Assembly (NCBI GenBank): GCA_041288095.1
Contig: JBGGMJ010000158.1
Coordinates: 11,133-75,132 of the forward strand
Reading direction: 5' to 3'
DNA from: Myxococcota bacterium
Lineage (GTDB): Bacteria; Myxococcota; XYA12-FULL-58-9; JALHOP01
Length of the DNA: 64,000 nt
Part shown: in pieces, positions 9,598 to 19,903 of the stretch
Layout: each line of letters begins with the position of its first letter
How positions within the stretch are numbered: the stretch's first letter is position 1
Position numbers and translations under genes: made by a program
Notes under the pieces: generated by a model
Database searches by the model: none
Told to the model about the DNA's origin: nothing
Seen by the model: the letters and a program-made list of their open reading frames with translations, nothing else

Positions 9598-11853
9598 ATG
9601 AAGGAGCTCATGCGCTTCTCACTTTTGACGGTCCTCGCTATCGCGTTGACTTCGACAACCGCCTCGGCTGTCGAGCCCGAATCACCGTTCAAGCAACAAC
9701 AGGCACTCGATACGCCACCACCACCCGCTGGTGGGTCGGCGCAGCTGAAGAACGTCTTCCGCTTGCTCGGTGAAGAAGCCGAGATCAAGACGGCGGTCGC
9801 CACCAAGGTCGCGCAGAGACAGATCGACGCGCCCGCGGTCATCGAGGTCATAACCTCGCAGCAACTCCAGGCCGCCGGCTACACGTCGGTCGCGGAGGCG
9901 CTCGAGCGTATCCCTGGCCTCGCTCTCAACTCCGACCTCGTCTACTCGAACGTCGGCGTTCGCGGCACCAGCGGCGGTCTGCGCAGCGGCGCCCGCCACC
10001 TCAAGGTGCTGATCGACGGCCAGCCGGTCGCGTTCCGCCCGGACGCGCAGAACTTCCTCGGCCAAGAGCTCATCCCCATCAGCGTCATCGACCGCATCGA
10101 AGTCCTGCGCGGCCCGGCGTCGGCTCTCTACGGTCTCAACGCCTTCCTCGGCGTCGTGAACATCGTCACCAAGCAAGCCGCGGCTCCGGCCGACGGCACC
10201 CACGTGCCCGGCGAATACGCTGTCCTCGGTCGCGGCTATGCGGTCAACTCCAACTGGGGCGCCGGTGGCGAGGCCCTCCTCGTCGACCGCTATGGCGGTC
10301 TCGCGGTCACCTTGGCGGCGCACTACAGCTACATCGATCGCTCGGGTCTCACCCTGCCGTCGCGTGGCCCGGCCGTCTCGGACTACTCGCTCACCGAAGA
10401 GAGCCGCGACGATATCTCGCGTCCGGCGTCGGCGTTCGCGTCGTTCGGCTACGACACCGGCAGCTTCGGCAAGTTCACCCTGACCGCCAACTATCAGCAG
10501 CTCGATAACGTCGGTGAGTTCGTCGACTACGGCGCCTTGAGCCACGGCACGCGCATCAACCTGAACAACTGGTTCGTGCGTCTGCGCCACGAGCTCGAGC
10601 TCGACATACTCCGACTGACCACCTACGCCGCCTACTCCGGCGGTGGGCCGATGGGCAACGACGTCATCCAGCCGGTGGTCAACGGTCTGCCGCTCTCGTA
10701 TCGCATCGAGCGCGACTTCGGCTATCGCGCCATCGACGTCGGAACCGAAGCGTCGGTGCCCTTGCTCACCCAGAGCGTGGTGCTCGCCGGCGCCGAGTTC
10801 ACCAACGACCAGGAAAGCATCCGTACCAACAGCTTCGTCTCGAACACGACCGGCGTCCGCCTCGATGGCGGCAGCCCCGGGACCCAGAACTTCAACAACA
10901 TCGCCGGTTACGCGCAGGCTCTGTGGCGCGAGCTCGAGTGGCTCCAGTTGGCGGCCAACATCCGCTACGACCACAGCAACCAGTTCGGCTCGAACATCAA
11001 CTATCGTGGTGGCGCGGTCATCGCGGTCGGCGACGACCTGCGCATCAAGCTGCTCTCCGGCTCCTCCTACCGCGGTCCGACGCCCGAGCAGCTCTACGGC
11101 ACCCCGCTCGCGCCAGGCGACGTTCAGGGCTCGCTCTCGGCGGTCAATCCGCGCCAGCTCGACCCGCAGACGGCGTTGACGCAGGAGATCTCGATCAATC
11201 ACGAGCTCCACGCCGACCAGACGACTTTGCGCAGCCAGCTCAACGGCTACTACACGAGCATCAAGAACCGCATCGAGTTTCTCCGTGAAGCCGGTCAGCT
11301 GCGCCCGACCAACAGCGCCACGTCGAAGACCTGGGGCGGCGAGCTGTCGCTCTCGTGGATCCAGAATCAGATCGCCGACGTGCTCTCACTGCAGCTCTCG
11401 GGCTCGGTATCGTTCGCGGACACCACCATCGACGCCAACGCCAACGTCTTGACGGACCGCGAAATCGAGCGCCTCACCATCAACGAGCTCTATCCCAAGT
11501 GGATGTACAAGGGCTTCGCGACGCTCCAGGCGCCGACGCTGCACTTGCGCCTCTACGGCCAGATCATCGCCTACGGTGAGCGTCTGCAATCGCAGATCAA
11601 CCAGACCTACAATCGCCCGTTGGTCGGCGAGCCGGCTTACACCCTGCCCGCCTCCTACCCGGTCGACCTCACGCTTTCGACGATGGGCCTGAGCATCATC
11701 GAGGGCACGGTCGACAGCGCGGAGTACGAGACGGTGCTGTCGGTGAGCGTCCGCGACGTGTTCAACTCGCAGTCGCCGGAGCCGGGCTTCAACGGCATCA
11801 ACCTGCCGCCGCTCGGCCGCCGCTACTACATCACGCTGCGCCAGCAGTTCTAG
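9598..11853 (+). CDS. TonB-dependent outer-membrane receptor
   Basis: Signal peptide, plug motifs (APAVIEVIT, VLIDG, IDRIEVLRGPASALYG, GVVNIVTK), barrel strands, C-terminal Phe (GRRYYITLRQQF). Confidence 0.92.
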   Translation: MKELMRFSLLTVLAIALTSTTASAVEPESPFKQQQALDTPPPPAGGSAQLKNVFRLLGEEAEIKTAVATKVAQRQIDAPAVIEVITSQQLQAAGYTSVAEALERIPGLALNSDLVYSNVGVRGTSGGLRSGARHLKVLIDGQPVAFRPDAQNFLGQELIPISVIDRIEVLRGPASALYGLNAFLGVVNIVTKQAAAPADGTHVPGEYAVLGRGYAVNSNWGAGGEALLVDRYGGLAVTLAAHYSYIDRSGLTLPSRGPAVSDYSLTEESRDDISRPASAFASFGYDTGSFGKFTLTANYQQLDNVGEFVDYGALSHGTRINLNNWFVRLRHELELDILRLTTYAAYSGGGPMGNDVIQPVVNGLPLSYRIERDFGYRAIDVGTEASVPLLTQSVVLAGAEFTNDQESIRTNSFVSNTTGVRLDGGSPGTQNFNNIAGYAQALWRELEWLQLAANIRYDHSNQFGSNINYRGGAVIAVGDDLRIKLLSGSSYRGPTPEQLYGTPLAPGDVQGSLSAVNPRQLDPQTALTQEISINHELHADQTTLRSQLNGYYTSIKNRIEFLREAGQLRPTNSATSKTWGGELSLSWIQNQIADVLSLQLSGSVSFADTTIDANANVLTDREIERLTINELYPKWMYKGFATLQAPTLHLRLYGQIIAYGERLQSQINQTYNRPLVGEPAYTLPASYPVDLTLSTMGLSIIEGTVDSAEYETVLSVSVRDVFNSQSPEPGFNGINLPPLGRRYYITLRQQF

Positions 11854-14012
11854 GCGATATCGATCAGGACCAGGGTCATGTCGTCCCCCTGCGGCACGTC
11901 GCGGGGGTGGACGGCATCGACGCTGCGCATGATACCGCGCAGGGCTTCGTCCAAGGGCAGGTTACGGCTGTCGCTCAAGAACTTGCGCATCGAGCGCACG
12001 CCGAGCTCCTGTCCGCTCGCCGTGTGAAACTCGTAGAGACCGTCGGTGAAGCACATGAGGCGCGAGCCCGGATGAACCGAGACCTCGGCACGTCCGACCG
12101 TGAACGTCTCCGTGGGCAGCCCGAGCGGTGTGCCACGCGTGACCGCCGCCGAGACCTTGCCTTCGGCGTTCATGGCGAGGATGTGCGGCGCGGCGGCGCT
12201 GTAGATGTGCGCGGTGCTGCCCTGCTTCGGGATCTCGAGGATGGCCATGGTCATGTGGTAGTCGCCGTGCGCCATGCCCCAGAGCTCGTTGTGGAGGAGC
12301 TGGAGCAGGTCGACGGCGCCTATGTGCGGCGAGAGCGTGCGCGCCAATCGGGTTGCACTGGCGATCGATCCGGTGACCATCGCGGAACCTGCACCATGGC
12401 CGGAGACGTCGCCGATGAAGACACGGACGCGCTCTTCGTCTTGATCGTGCCACCACCAGTCGCCACCACAGTCGTCGGCGGCGCGGTAGAAGGCGGCGAG
12501 CTGGACGCGGTCCCTGCGAACGAGCGTATCGCGCGGCAGCAACATCGTCTGGACGGCGGCAATGAGCGCCAGGTCCTTCTTGTGGGACGCCGCGAGGATG
12601 TCGTTGGCGCTCGCCAACCGGTCCGCGAGGCCGCGCTTTTCGGCGAGCAGCGCTTCCGATGTGCTCTCAAGCTCGCGATAGGCGCGCGCCAGCACGGCGA
12701 GCGGCGGTGTCGCCGACCCGATCCAGGTCTTATAGGGCGTCTGCGCGGGCAGCTCGGTGTCGGTGGTCTCGCCCAGCAGACGGACGCGGTCGGGTAGCTC
12801 TTCGAGCAGGGCCTCGACGTCCTTGCTCATGAGGCCGAGCGCCTTGCCCGTGGCCATGGCGGCGGCGTTGTTGGCGACGATGTCCCCGGTCTCGAACACC
12901 GCGGCCAGACGCTCGGCGGCCCAAGCGACGCGCGCCAGAGCATCGCCGGGCACCTCACGCTCGTGATGGCTCTGGACCGCCACGATCATGTCTTCATCGA
13001 GGTTCCAGGCTTGGGCGACCTCGAGGATGCGCTCGGGGTGCTCGATCTCGTTGCCGACGTGCTCACGCTGTAGGCGCGACGCCGCCGGAGCCATGCCGAT
13101 CTCGAGAGCGCCCGCCGGGTCGTGGATGGCGCGGATCAACAGGCCGGCATCGAGCAGGAAGCCCGTGGCCGTGGCGCGCTCGACGTCGACGACCGCGGTG
13201 CGCGTGGCGATGAGGTGACAAGCGATGGCGCGGCGGTAGACCAGCGCCGTCAGATAGCCGCTCATGTCGCTACGTCGGTGCACGAGGTCGAGCACGGTGG
13301 CGGCGACAGCGGCGGCATCCACACCCTGCTTGCCGAGGGTCCCGAGCAAGGCGCCCACGTCGCTCGCGTAGCCGCGCGGCGCGAACAAGCCGGCTTCGGC
13401 GAGCGACTTGAGATGCGCGTGGAACCGCGGATTGTCGGTGAGCAAGCGAGCGACGCCGCTCACCTGCGACGACTTCTGCGGACCAGCGATGGTGTTGCTC
13501 GACGCCCCGAACGCCAAAGCGGACAAGGCCATCGACAGCTCACCGAAGTTCACCGGCTTGGTGAGCATGCGGTTGCCGCCCTGGGCGATGAGCTCGTTCT
13601 CGGTGTAGCGCGCGCTGTAGCCGGTCACGAAGATGATGGGCAGGTCACGCCGGACCGGCACCTGCTTGGCATAGGGCGGCAGCTTGCTCGTATCCAGGGC
13701 GCCGCGCACCAGCTTGGTCAGGTCGATGCCGGAGAGCCGCGAGCCTTGCAGCTCGATGTCCATGAGCACGGCCGCGAATTGCCGTGACTCGTCGCTGAGA
13801 GCCTTGCACGCCTCCTCGTCGTTGCGCGCCCACACGAGATCGAAGCGCCGCCGCAGCTGCAGCTCGGTGACCTCCCAGTTGTCGCGGTTATCCTCGATAT
13901 AGAGGAGCGTCGCGCGTTCCGCGGTAGCGGCCAAGTGGGCCGGCCGCCCCGCAGTGCCGGCGGACCCGCCGCCGCCCAAACGTCGTAAGCCAGTCCGACC
14001 AATCTCCCGCAT
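11850..14012 (-). CDS. REC - HDOD-like - PP2C/SpoIIE Ser/Thr phosphatase
   Basis: REC (YIEDN, LMDIELQG, VTGY, TKPV); HDOD-like region (ATGFLLDAG, HPE, WNL, SHH); PP2C motifs GGDWW, GDVSGHG, FTDGL, DDMT. TGATG coupling to the upstream gene. Confidence 0.85.
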   Translation of the reverse strand: MREIGRTGLRRLGGGGSAGTAGRPAHLAATAERATLLYIEDNRDNWEVTELQLRRRFDLVWARNDEEACKALSDESRQFAAVLMDIELQGSRLSGIDLTKLVRGALDTSKLPPYAKQVPVRRDLPIIFVTGYSARYTENELIAQGGNRMLTKPVNFGELSMALSALAFGASSNTIAGPQKSSQVSGVARLLTDNPRFHAHLKSLAEAGLFAPRGYASDVGALLGTLGKQGVDAAAVAATVLDLVHRRSDMSGYLTALVYRRAIACHLIATRTAVVDVERATATGFLLDAGLLIRAIHDPAGALEIGMAPAASRLQREHVGNEIEHPERILEVAQAWNLDEDMIVAVQSHHEREVPGDALARVAWAAERLAAVFETGDIVANNAAAMATGKALGLMSKDVEALLEELPDRVRLLGETTDTELPAQTPYKTWIGSATPPLAVLARAYRELESTSEALLAEKRGLADRLASANDILAASHKKDLALIAAVQTMLLPRDTLVRRDRVQLAAFYRAADDCGGDWWWHDQDEERVRVFIGDVSGHGAGSAMVTGSIASATRLARTLSPHIGAVDLLQLLHNELWGMAHGDYHMTMAILEIPKQGSTAHIYSAAAPHILAMNAEGKVSAAVTRGTPLGLPTETFTVGRAEVSVHPGSRLMCFTDGLYEFHTASGQELGVRSMRKFLSDSRNLPLDEALRGIMRSVDAVHPRDVPQGDDMTLVLIDIA

Positions 14013-15016
14013 CAAGCGCTCGTGCTGCGCGGCGTCTCGATGCGGCTGCGACGCTGATACTCCTGCAGAGCTCTCTGGTAAGCGACGTCTTCTTGGCTGC
14101 AGAGCGCGCCGTATGCGAGCCGCCAGTTGTACAGAAACAGCCGCAGGTCATGCTGGAACTCGGACCGGTATGCTTCGCCGACGTCGCCATCGAAGTTGAC
14201 GACGATGCCCGCCTCGACAGCCTGCAAGGCCGGTGAGCGCCGGGTGTCACCGAAGATGCTGCGCCAGCCCCGCTTCATCGCGGCGCCGAGGCCCTTCTCG
14301 AGCGGCTGGCCGAGCACGCGCACCTGCACCGGGTAGGCGTATTCGCCGGGCTTCAAGCCAATCTCGGTGCCGGAGTGCAGGCGGTCGTAGCCGTTGTCTT
14401 GGCGCGCGCGCGTCAACGCTGCTCGCAAGCGCTCCGAGAGCTCGGCGTCGAGGTCGACGTTCGAGAAGAACGTCAGCTTCGCGGCGAACTTGTACTCGAG
14501 GTGCTTCAAGCTGCTGCGCATGACCGCCTCGAGATCCGTCTTCGAGGACAGCTTCTGGAAGCAGGCCGCGAAGCCCTCGAGCTGGCCCTTGAGCGCCACG
14601 AGAGTGCGGATATCCTGCGAGGCACGCAGCGCCGCGCGGATGACCGCATAGAGACGATCGGGCGTGGCGTCGGGCTTGGCCAAGTAGCTGTCGATGTCGT
14701 ATTCGTTGAGGACCTTGTCCTCGGGCGCGACACCGGGCTGACCCGTACGAAGGACGATGCGCAGCGACCGCTCGCAGACGCGGCGCAGGACGCGGCACAA
14801 GTTCAGGCCGGCGTCGTCGCTCTCCATGATGACGTCGACGAGAGCTACGTCGAAGACATCGGGTTTGTCCTTGACGATCTCTTCGGCCTCTTTGGCGCTC
14901 TTCGCACTCGTGATCGTGAATTTCCGACCGCGCCAATGCTTATGCTTCAGCGCCAGCTCGGTGATGGTGTGAACGTCGGGCTCATCGTCGACTACCAGAA
15001 CGTGCCAATTGTGCAC
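14012..15016 (-). CDS. Response regulator (REC plus DUF3369-like region, no evident output domain)
   Basis: WHVLVVDDEPDVH, LVDVIMESDDAGL, LRTGQPG.APE, YDIDSYLAK. Start uncertain (GTG 15016 chosen). Confidence 0.8.
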   Translation of the reverse strand: MHNWHVLVVDDEPDVHTITELALKHKHWRGRKFTITSAKSAKEAEEIVKDKPDVFDVALVDVIMESDDAGLNLCRVLRRVCERSLRIVLRTGQPGVAPEDKVLNEYDIDSYLAKPDATPDRLYAVIRAALRASQDIRTLVALKGQLEGFAACFQKLSSKTDLEAVMRSSLKHLEYKFAAKLTFFSNVDLDAELSERLRAALTRARQDNGYDRLHSGTEIGLKPGEYAYPVQVRVLGQPLEKGLGAAMKRGWRSIFGDTRRSPALQAVEAGIVVNFDGDVGEAYRSEFQHDLRLFLYNWRLAYGALCSQEDVAYQRALQEYQRRSRIETPRSTSA

Positions 15017-15095
15017 TTCGGACTCCGAACCTGAGTGTTGTCTTCTGTCGACCGGACAAGGGTAGCCAATGAAGCTTGGCGTTTCAACGTAGACG

Positions 15096-17030
15096 CTATC
15101 GTAACATCGACGGATCGTACGCCACCCACGCGTCGAGACCGAGCGTGCGCATTGCACGGGCCCCCGCGGCGTCGGTGTTCATCCGTTTCATCGCCGCTAC
15201 GAGCTTGGTTTGCAGCTCCGGCGTGGCCACATCCGAGATCGCGCACATCGGCGGACGCACGATGGGCTTGGTCTCGCTGAGCTTGCGGATGGCGTTTTCG
15301 GCGCCCGGCTGGATGGTTTTGATGACCTCCAGGCTCTCTGGCATGACCAGCGCCGCGTCCACCTGGCCGAAGACCAAGGCGAGCAACGCGTCCACGTCCT
15401 TCGAGACCGGAATCACCGTTACGCCTTCCATCTTCACGCCGCTCGCGGTGAGGGTACGCACCACATCGGCGGCGCCGCCGCCCGCGGAGGTCGCCGCGAC
15501 GGTAGCCATCTTCTCGCTACCCGCGGCGGCGAACAAGACTTTGCGATAGCGGACATCGCCCTTGTACGACGGGACGAGGAGCGGCACGAGATTGCCCGCT
15601 TTGCCGCGGCGCTGCACGTAGGCGGAGGGCAAGATGGCGAAGTCCGCCTGACCGTTGCGCGCGAGCTTCTCGAACGTCCCGATGCTGCGCACCGGCTGCA
15701 GCTTGAGCTGCGGATCGACGCTACGCAAGAACTCGCTGAACCAGTTGGTGATCTGCAAGATGGCTTCGTGGTTGGCGTCGGGATCGTAGAAGACGACGGT
15801 GCGCCCCTCGCGCGGCTTGCGTACCCGCGGCGGATCGGCCGGCTTCGTCGTGGTCCCATCAGGCTTGGTCACCGTGCCGTCCGGCTTGGTGCCGGTCGTG
15901 CCGGTCTTGCCGGTCTGCTTCGGGTTCGTCGTCGAGGTCCCGTGGTCGTCGGGCTTGTCGGGTTTGGTCTGCGTCGCGGTGGCCACCGTCGTCTCGCCTG
16001 GACCGGCCTCGACCTCCTCGCTGGCTTCGGCGGCGCGCAGCTTGTCGGCGTCGGAGGAGATGATCTTGTTGATGCTGCCGAGGTTCGCGACCGGGATGTC
16101 GAGGCTAATCTTCCGCGCCACGTCGAGGTTGAGGGCGAGATAGGCGCCGATCGGCGGCTGCAAGCCGATCTCGGCGGGCGATTTGCCGCCGAGGATGGCG
16201 TTCACGATATTCGCCGTCTGGGCACCGAGCGACGTCAGGTCGACGGAGACCGCGGCGGTGGCGCCGGCCTGCGCGAACTCCTCGGCGAGCGAGGCGAGGA
16301 ACGGCACGCGCGTCTCGTGCGACTTGTCGCGGAGGAAATAGAACTCGCTCTCGGTGAAGATGACGGGGTCGTTGATCTGCCAGATGGCGTCATAGCCGGC
16401 GAGCGACTTGGGGAAGCTCGTCTTCACCTCGTCGGGGCCCGCGACACTCATGGCGACGAGCTCGATGTCGAGCTTCGCGAGCTGCTCCTTGGCCCGCGTC
16501 GCGAACGCCTGGCTGCTGGGCGAGTGGAACGCCAAGACCTTGCGCATGCCGGGCAACACCAAGCGGAACTGCGCGAAGGTGTTGACCACCGAGGTCTCGA
16601 GCGCGACGCCAGCGACTTGTGGCTGCCCGAGCACCTTCAGGCGATCGGGATCGAGCACCATGGCGAAGACGTTGGGCAAGTCCGGGAAGGCGCTGCGCGC
16701 GAACACGGTCGCTTGCGAGCCGAGGGTGAACAGCAGCGCCGGCTTGTCCGCTTTGACGGCACGCGCGAGCGCCGACTCTTGTCCGCTCTTCACGGTGTAG
16801 AGCGAGACCTGACCCGGTACCGACTCGGTGAAGCCGCGGATCGGGGTGTCGTAGATAGGATTATCGCTGCTCCGCAGAACCACGACTGTCGGCGCGCCCG
16901 CGGTCGTCGCCGGACGCACGTTGTCGGCCGGCAATGGCGCGCAGGCAGCGGCGAAGATCGCCAGTGCGACTAACGCGATGACGTTCGTGGGATGAAGCCG
17001 GCCCGTGGGAAGGGACATTAGGGAGCTCAT
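15096..17030 (-). CDS. Lipoprotein fusing an ABC substrate-binding-like domain to a phosphate/phosphonate-binding-like domain through a T/K/P-rich linker
   Basis: Lipobox FAAAC. N-domain ending LALNLDVARKISL (ABC_sub_bind-like), TKPDG-repeat linker, C-domain (KDVDALLALVFGQVDAAL). No ABC permease nearby. Start uncertain. Confidence 0.7.
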   Translation of the reverse strand: MSSLMSLPTGRLHPTNVIALVALAIFAAACAPLPADNVRPATTAGAPTVVVLRSSDNPIYDTPIRGFTESVPGQVSLYTVKSGQESALARAVKADKPALLFTLGSQATVFARSAFPDLPNVFAMVLDPDRLKVLGQPQVAGVALETSVVNTFAQFRLVLPGMRKVLAFHSPSSQAFATRAKEQLAKLDIELVAMSVAGPDEVKTSFPKSLAGYDAIWQINDPVIFTESEFYFLRDKSHETRVPFLASLAEEFAQAGATAAVSVDLTSLGAQTANIVNAILGGKSPAEIGLQPPIGAYLALNLDVARKISLDIPVANLGSINKIISSDADKLRAAEASEEVEAGPGETTVATATQTKPDKPDDHGTSTTNPKQTGKTGTTGTKPDGTVTKPDGTTTKPADPPRVRKPREGRTVVFYDPDANHEAILQITNWFSEFLRSVDPQLKLQPVRSIGTFEKLARNGQADFAILPSAYVQRRGKAGNLVPLLVPSYKGDVRYRKVLFAAAGSEKMATVAATSAGGGAADVVRTLTASGVKMEGVTVIPVSKDVDALLALVFGQVDAALVMPESLEVIKTIQPGAENAIRKLSETKPIVRPPMCAISDVATPELQTKLVAAMKRMNTDAAGARAMRTLGLDAWVAYDPSMLR

Positions 17031-17111
17031 GTGGTCGGTGACCCCAGAAATAGCGTTGATTCGGTTTAGCATTCGTTGGACTGGGGTGCTAGCATCGCAT
17101 CAACCCCTCGC

Positions 17112-18950
17112 ATGCTCCCTCTCGCTCTGTGGCTAGCCACCGTCGCAGTCGGCCAGACGCCCAACCCCGTCGAGATGGCCAGCCAGGCTCGCGCTCTCCC
17201 TGGTTCGCCGCGCGCGTACTTGGTGGACGCCGACACGGGGCTGTCGTTCACCGCGCACGGCCCTACCTTCATCCTCCTACAGGTGCGCACAAAGGTGCAG
17301 CGCAGTAAGACCCTCATCGACATCACCCGTGACGATCGCTACGTGTCCCGCAATCAAGTCCGCTTTCGAAGACTGCGCGGCGTGGCGGGCTACGATTACG
17401 TGACCCTGCTGTCCCTCAAGGTGCCCGAGGGAGACCACCAGTACAGAATCTCGGGTAACGGCGTCGCCTTCGTCGCCATCGTCGACGTCACCCCCTCGTT
17501 CGCCAAGCCTTTCGCCGCGGCCGCCGAAGAAGACACGCGCGCGGTCGCGCAGGCCGAGCAACCGATCACTCCGACCAATCCACCACCAGGCGACACGACT
17601 CCGCCACCCACCGATCAGACGGCGCCAGGCGACACGGGCGACATCAGCTACGACCTGGGCGACCTCGGCACCGAGCCGGCGACGGTGAGCAGCACCTCGA
17701 GCTCGGCCCTGCAAGTACCCCTTTCGGAGAGCGCGATCTTGTCGAAGCTCGACCAGGCCGACGACGCCCTCGCCATCGGCGGCCAGCTGTTCCCGCGCTT
17801 CTTCTACAACAACGTCGAGCCGCGCTCGGCCGCGACGAAGGAGCACCAGGTCGTCCAGAGCAACCTCGTGGACGTCTACTTCGACGCTCGCCCAGCGGAC
17901 CAACTGCGTGGCTACTTCCGCGTGCGCCTCATCAACAGCCAGGGGCTCACGCGCGGCGCGCCCGACAACAACATATTCGTGCTCGATCAGCTTTGGCTCA
18001 AGTGGAGCATCGCCCGGACGCTCTTCATCACCCTCGGCAAGCAGCCCGTCCGCTGGGGCGTGGGCTACTTCTGGAACCCGAGCGACATCTTGAACCCGAC
18101 CAAGCGCGATCCGCTCGCGCCCTTCGATCAACGCACCGGCCTGGGCCTGCTCAAGCTCCACATGCCCATCGAGAGCCTCGGCTGGAACTTCTACGCCATC
18201 CTCGATCTACAAGGGCTGGACGAGCCCCAGCGCGTACCCGTGGTGACGCGCGGTGAGTTCGTCTTGGGTCTCGCCGAGCTCACGGTGACGGGCTTGTTCG
18301 CCAAGGGCCGTCACCCGCTGCTCACCAGCACGCTCAACGCCGGCTTCTGGATCTTCGACTTCAAGGGCGAGATCGCGACGTCGCAGGGGCCGATTCAGCC
18401 GCGCTGGCGCGGACCGTTCGAGCCGGAGAACGGCATCATCCCGGTGCGCGAGTCCACGGGCGACACCTGGCGCATCCAGGCCTCGGCGGCGCTCGAGATG
18501 ACGCTCAAATACGTCACCAACGATGCCAAGGTCGCCGAGGACCAGGTGATCATCGGCGTGGAGGTCTACCACAACGACGACGGCTACAACGAGCTGACGA
18601 AGCTCGCGTGGTTGCAGGCTCAGGGTGAGTTCAACTCGATCTACAGCGGCCGCGACTACGCCGGCGTTTACATCGTCGTACCGAAGCCCGGCTCCTGGGA
18701 CGAGACGACGTTCGCCTTGTCGGGCATCACCAACCTTCGTGACCGCTCGTGGTTCACGCGCTTCGACTACCGCGTCTCGCTGATGCGTTATCTGGCGCTG
18801 TCCGCGGCGGCGATTTACCACGGCGGCGACATCGGCTCGCTGCGCATGGGCTACGATCTCCCGGCGGTGGACGCGCCGGGCTTCACGGAGGGTCGTGAGC
18901 TGCCCACCGAGCGCTTCGAGCTACAGCTCGGCCTGCAGATCGCGCTGTAA
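17112..18950 (+). CDS. Secreted, probable outer-membrane beta-barrel protein
   Basis: Signal peptide, Pro/Thr linker, then alternating aromatic strands (DQLWLKW, GKQPVRWG, FWNPSD) and a terminal strand LQLGLQIAL. Confidence 0.65.
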   Translation: MLPLALWLATVAVGQTPNPVEMASQARALPGSPRAYLVDADTGLSFTAHGPTFILLQVRTKVQRSKTLIDITRDDRYVSRNQVRFRRLRGVAGYDYVTLLSLKVPEGDHQYRISGNGVAFVAIVDVTPSFAKPFAAAAEEDTRAVAQAEQPITPTNPPPGDTTPPPTDQTAPGDTGDISYDLGDLGTEPATVSSTSSSALQVPLSESAILSKLDQADDALAIGGQLFPRFFYNNVEPRSAATKEHQVVQSNLVDVYFDARPADQLRGYFRVRLINSQGLTRGAPDNNIFVLDQLWLKWSIARTLFITLGKQPVRWGVGYFWNPSDILNPTKRDPLAPFDQRTGLGLLKLHMPIESLGWNFYAILDLQGLDEPQRVPVVTRGEFVLGLAELTVTGLFAKGRHPLLTSTLNAGFWIFDFKGEIATSQGPIQPRWRGPFEPENGIIPVRESTGDTWRIQASAALEMTLKYVTNDAKVAEDQVIIGVEVYHNDDGYNELTKLAWLQAQGEFNSIYSGRDYAGVYIVVPKPGSWDETTFALSGITNLRDRSWFTRFDYRVSLMRYLALSAAAIYHGGDIGSLRMGYDLPAVDAPGFTEGRELPTERFELQLGLQIAL

Positions 18951-18956
18951 ACCGCT

Positions 18957-19787
18957 TTAGCGGATCAAGCCTTCTTGAGCTCCGTCGGGACCGCTGTCCA
19001 GGCCGCCGAGACTCGTCAGCGAGGTGCGCAGCGAGGCGTCAGCGTCGCGACGCAACCGCGTGCCGCGCAGCATGAGCGTACGCAGGCGCGAGAAGGTCTT
19101 CAAGTGGTCGATGCTCTCATCCGTTATCGTGGAGTAACCGAGATAGAGACGGACCAACGTCGGCGCCAGCGGCAACAAGCTCGCGACGCCGGCGTCGCCG
19201 ACCTGCGTCTCTTGCAGCCCGAGCGTTTCGAGAGCGGTCATCGAGGCCAACTGCTTGAGGCCGGCATTGCTGATGCGGGTGCTGCGCAGGTCGAGCATAC
19301 GCAGGCTCTTGATGCGCGCCAGCGGCTCGAGCGCGGCGTCGCCAATGCTCGTCCAGCCGAGGTGAAGGCGCTCGAGACGCTCCAGACGGGCGAGGCTCGC
19401 CGTGGCGCTGTCGGTCACGGCGGTGCCGGCGAGATTCAGGCTCTTGAGATTGGACAGCCGCGAGATGGTCGCGGCCCCGACATCGCCGATGCGCGCGTTG
19501 AAGAGGTCGAGCGTCTCGAGGTGCTTGGCCGCGAGGAGCTTCTGCAGGCCGGCGTCGGTCAGCCGCCGACAGCTGGCGAGCGACAGCCCGGGAATCTTCT
19601 TGGCGACGACCTCGGCCACCAAGACGTCCAAATAGTCGTCATCGATCTGATCGTCGTTGTGGCGCACGTACCAGGTCACGCCGTCCGGGACGGAAACCCC
19701 GCCGTCGAGCGTGTACCCGAGCGGTTTGTCGTTTCCGAGAAAGACTTGTTGGTACACACGAAGCGGCAACTGCGACTGCAGCTCCAT
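18957..19787 (-). CDS. Leucine-rich repeat protein
   Basis: About seven 24-aa repeats LxxLxLxxTxIxDxGL (e.g. LRMLDLRSTRISNAGL). Confidence 0.85.
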   Translation of the reverse strand: MELQSQLPLRVYQQVFLGNDKPLGYTLDGGVSVPDGVTWYVRHNDDQIDDDYLDVLVAEVVAKKIPGLSLASCRRLTDAGLQKLLAAKHLETLDLFNARIGDVGAATISRLSNLKSLNLAGTAVTDSATASLARLERLERLHLGWTSIGDAALEPLARIKSLRMLDLRSTRISNAGLKQLASMTALETLGLQETQVGDAGVASLLPLAPTLVRLYLGYSTITDESIDHLKTFSRLRTLMLRGTRLRRDADASLRTSLTSLGGLDSGPDGAQEGLIR

Positions 19788-19903
19788 CCTGGTTGGCTCC
19801 TGGCTCGGTCTAACGCCCCAGGCAGGTTACCAAACAAGCGGGCGACAAGCACGGTAAGCGTTCGCCCTAACGGCATCGGGTCGAAGCTCGTGTTATCCTC
19901 GCC

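Noticed and set aside
15830..15975. Short repeats as a CRISPR array or DNA repeat element
   Set aside because: They encode a TKPDG-type low-complexity linker; there are no constant repeats with spacers and no cas genes.
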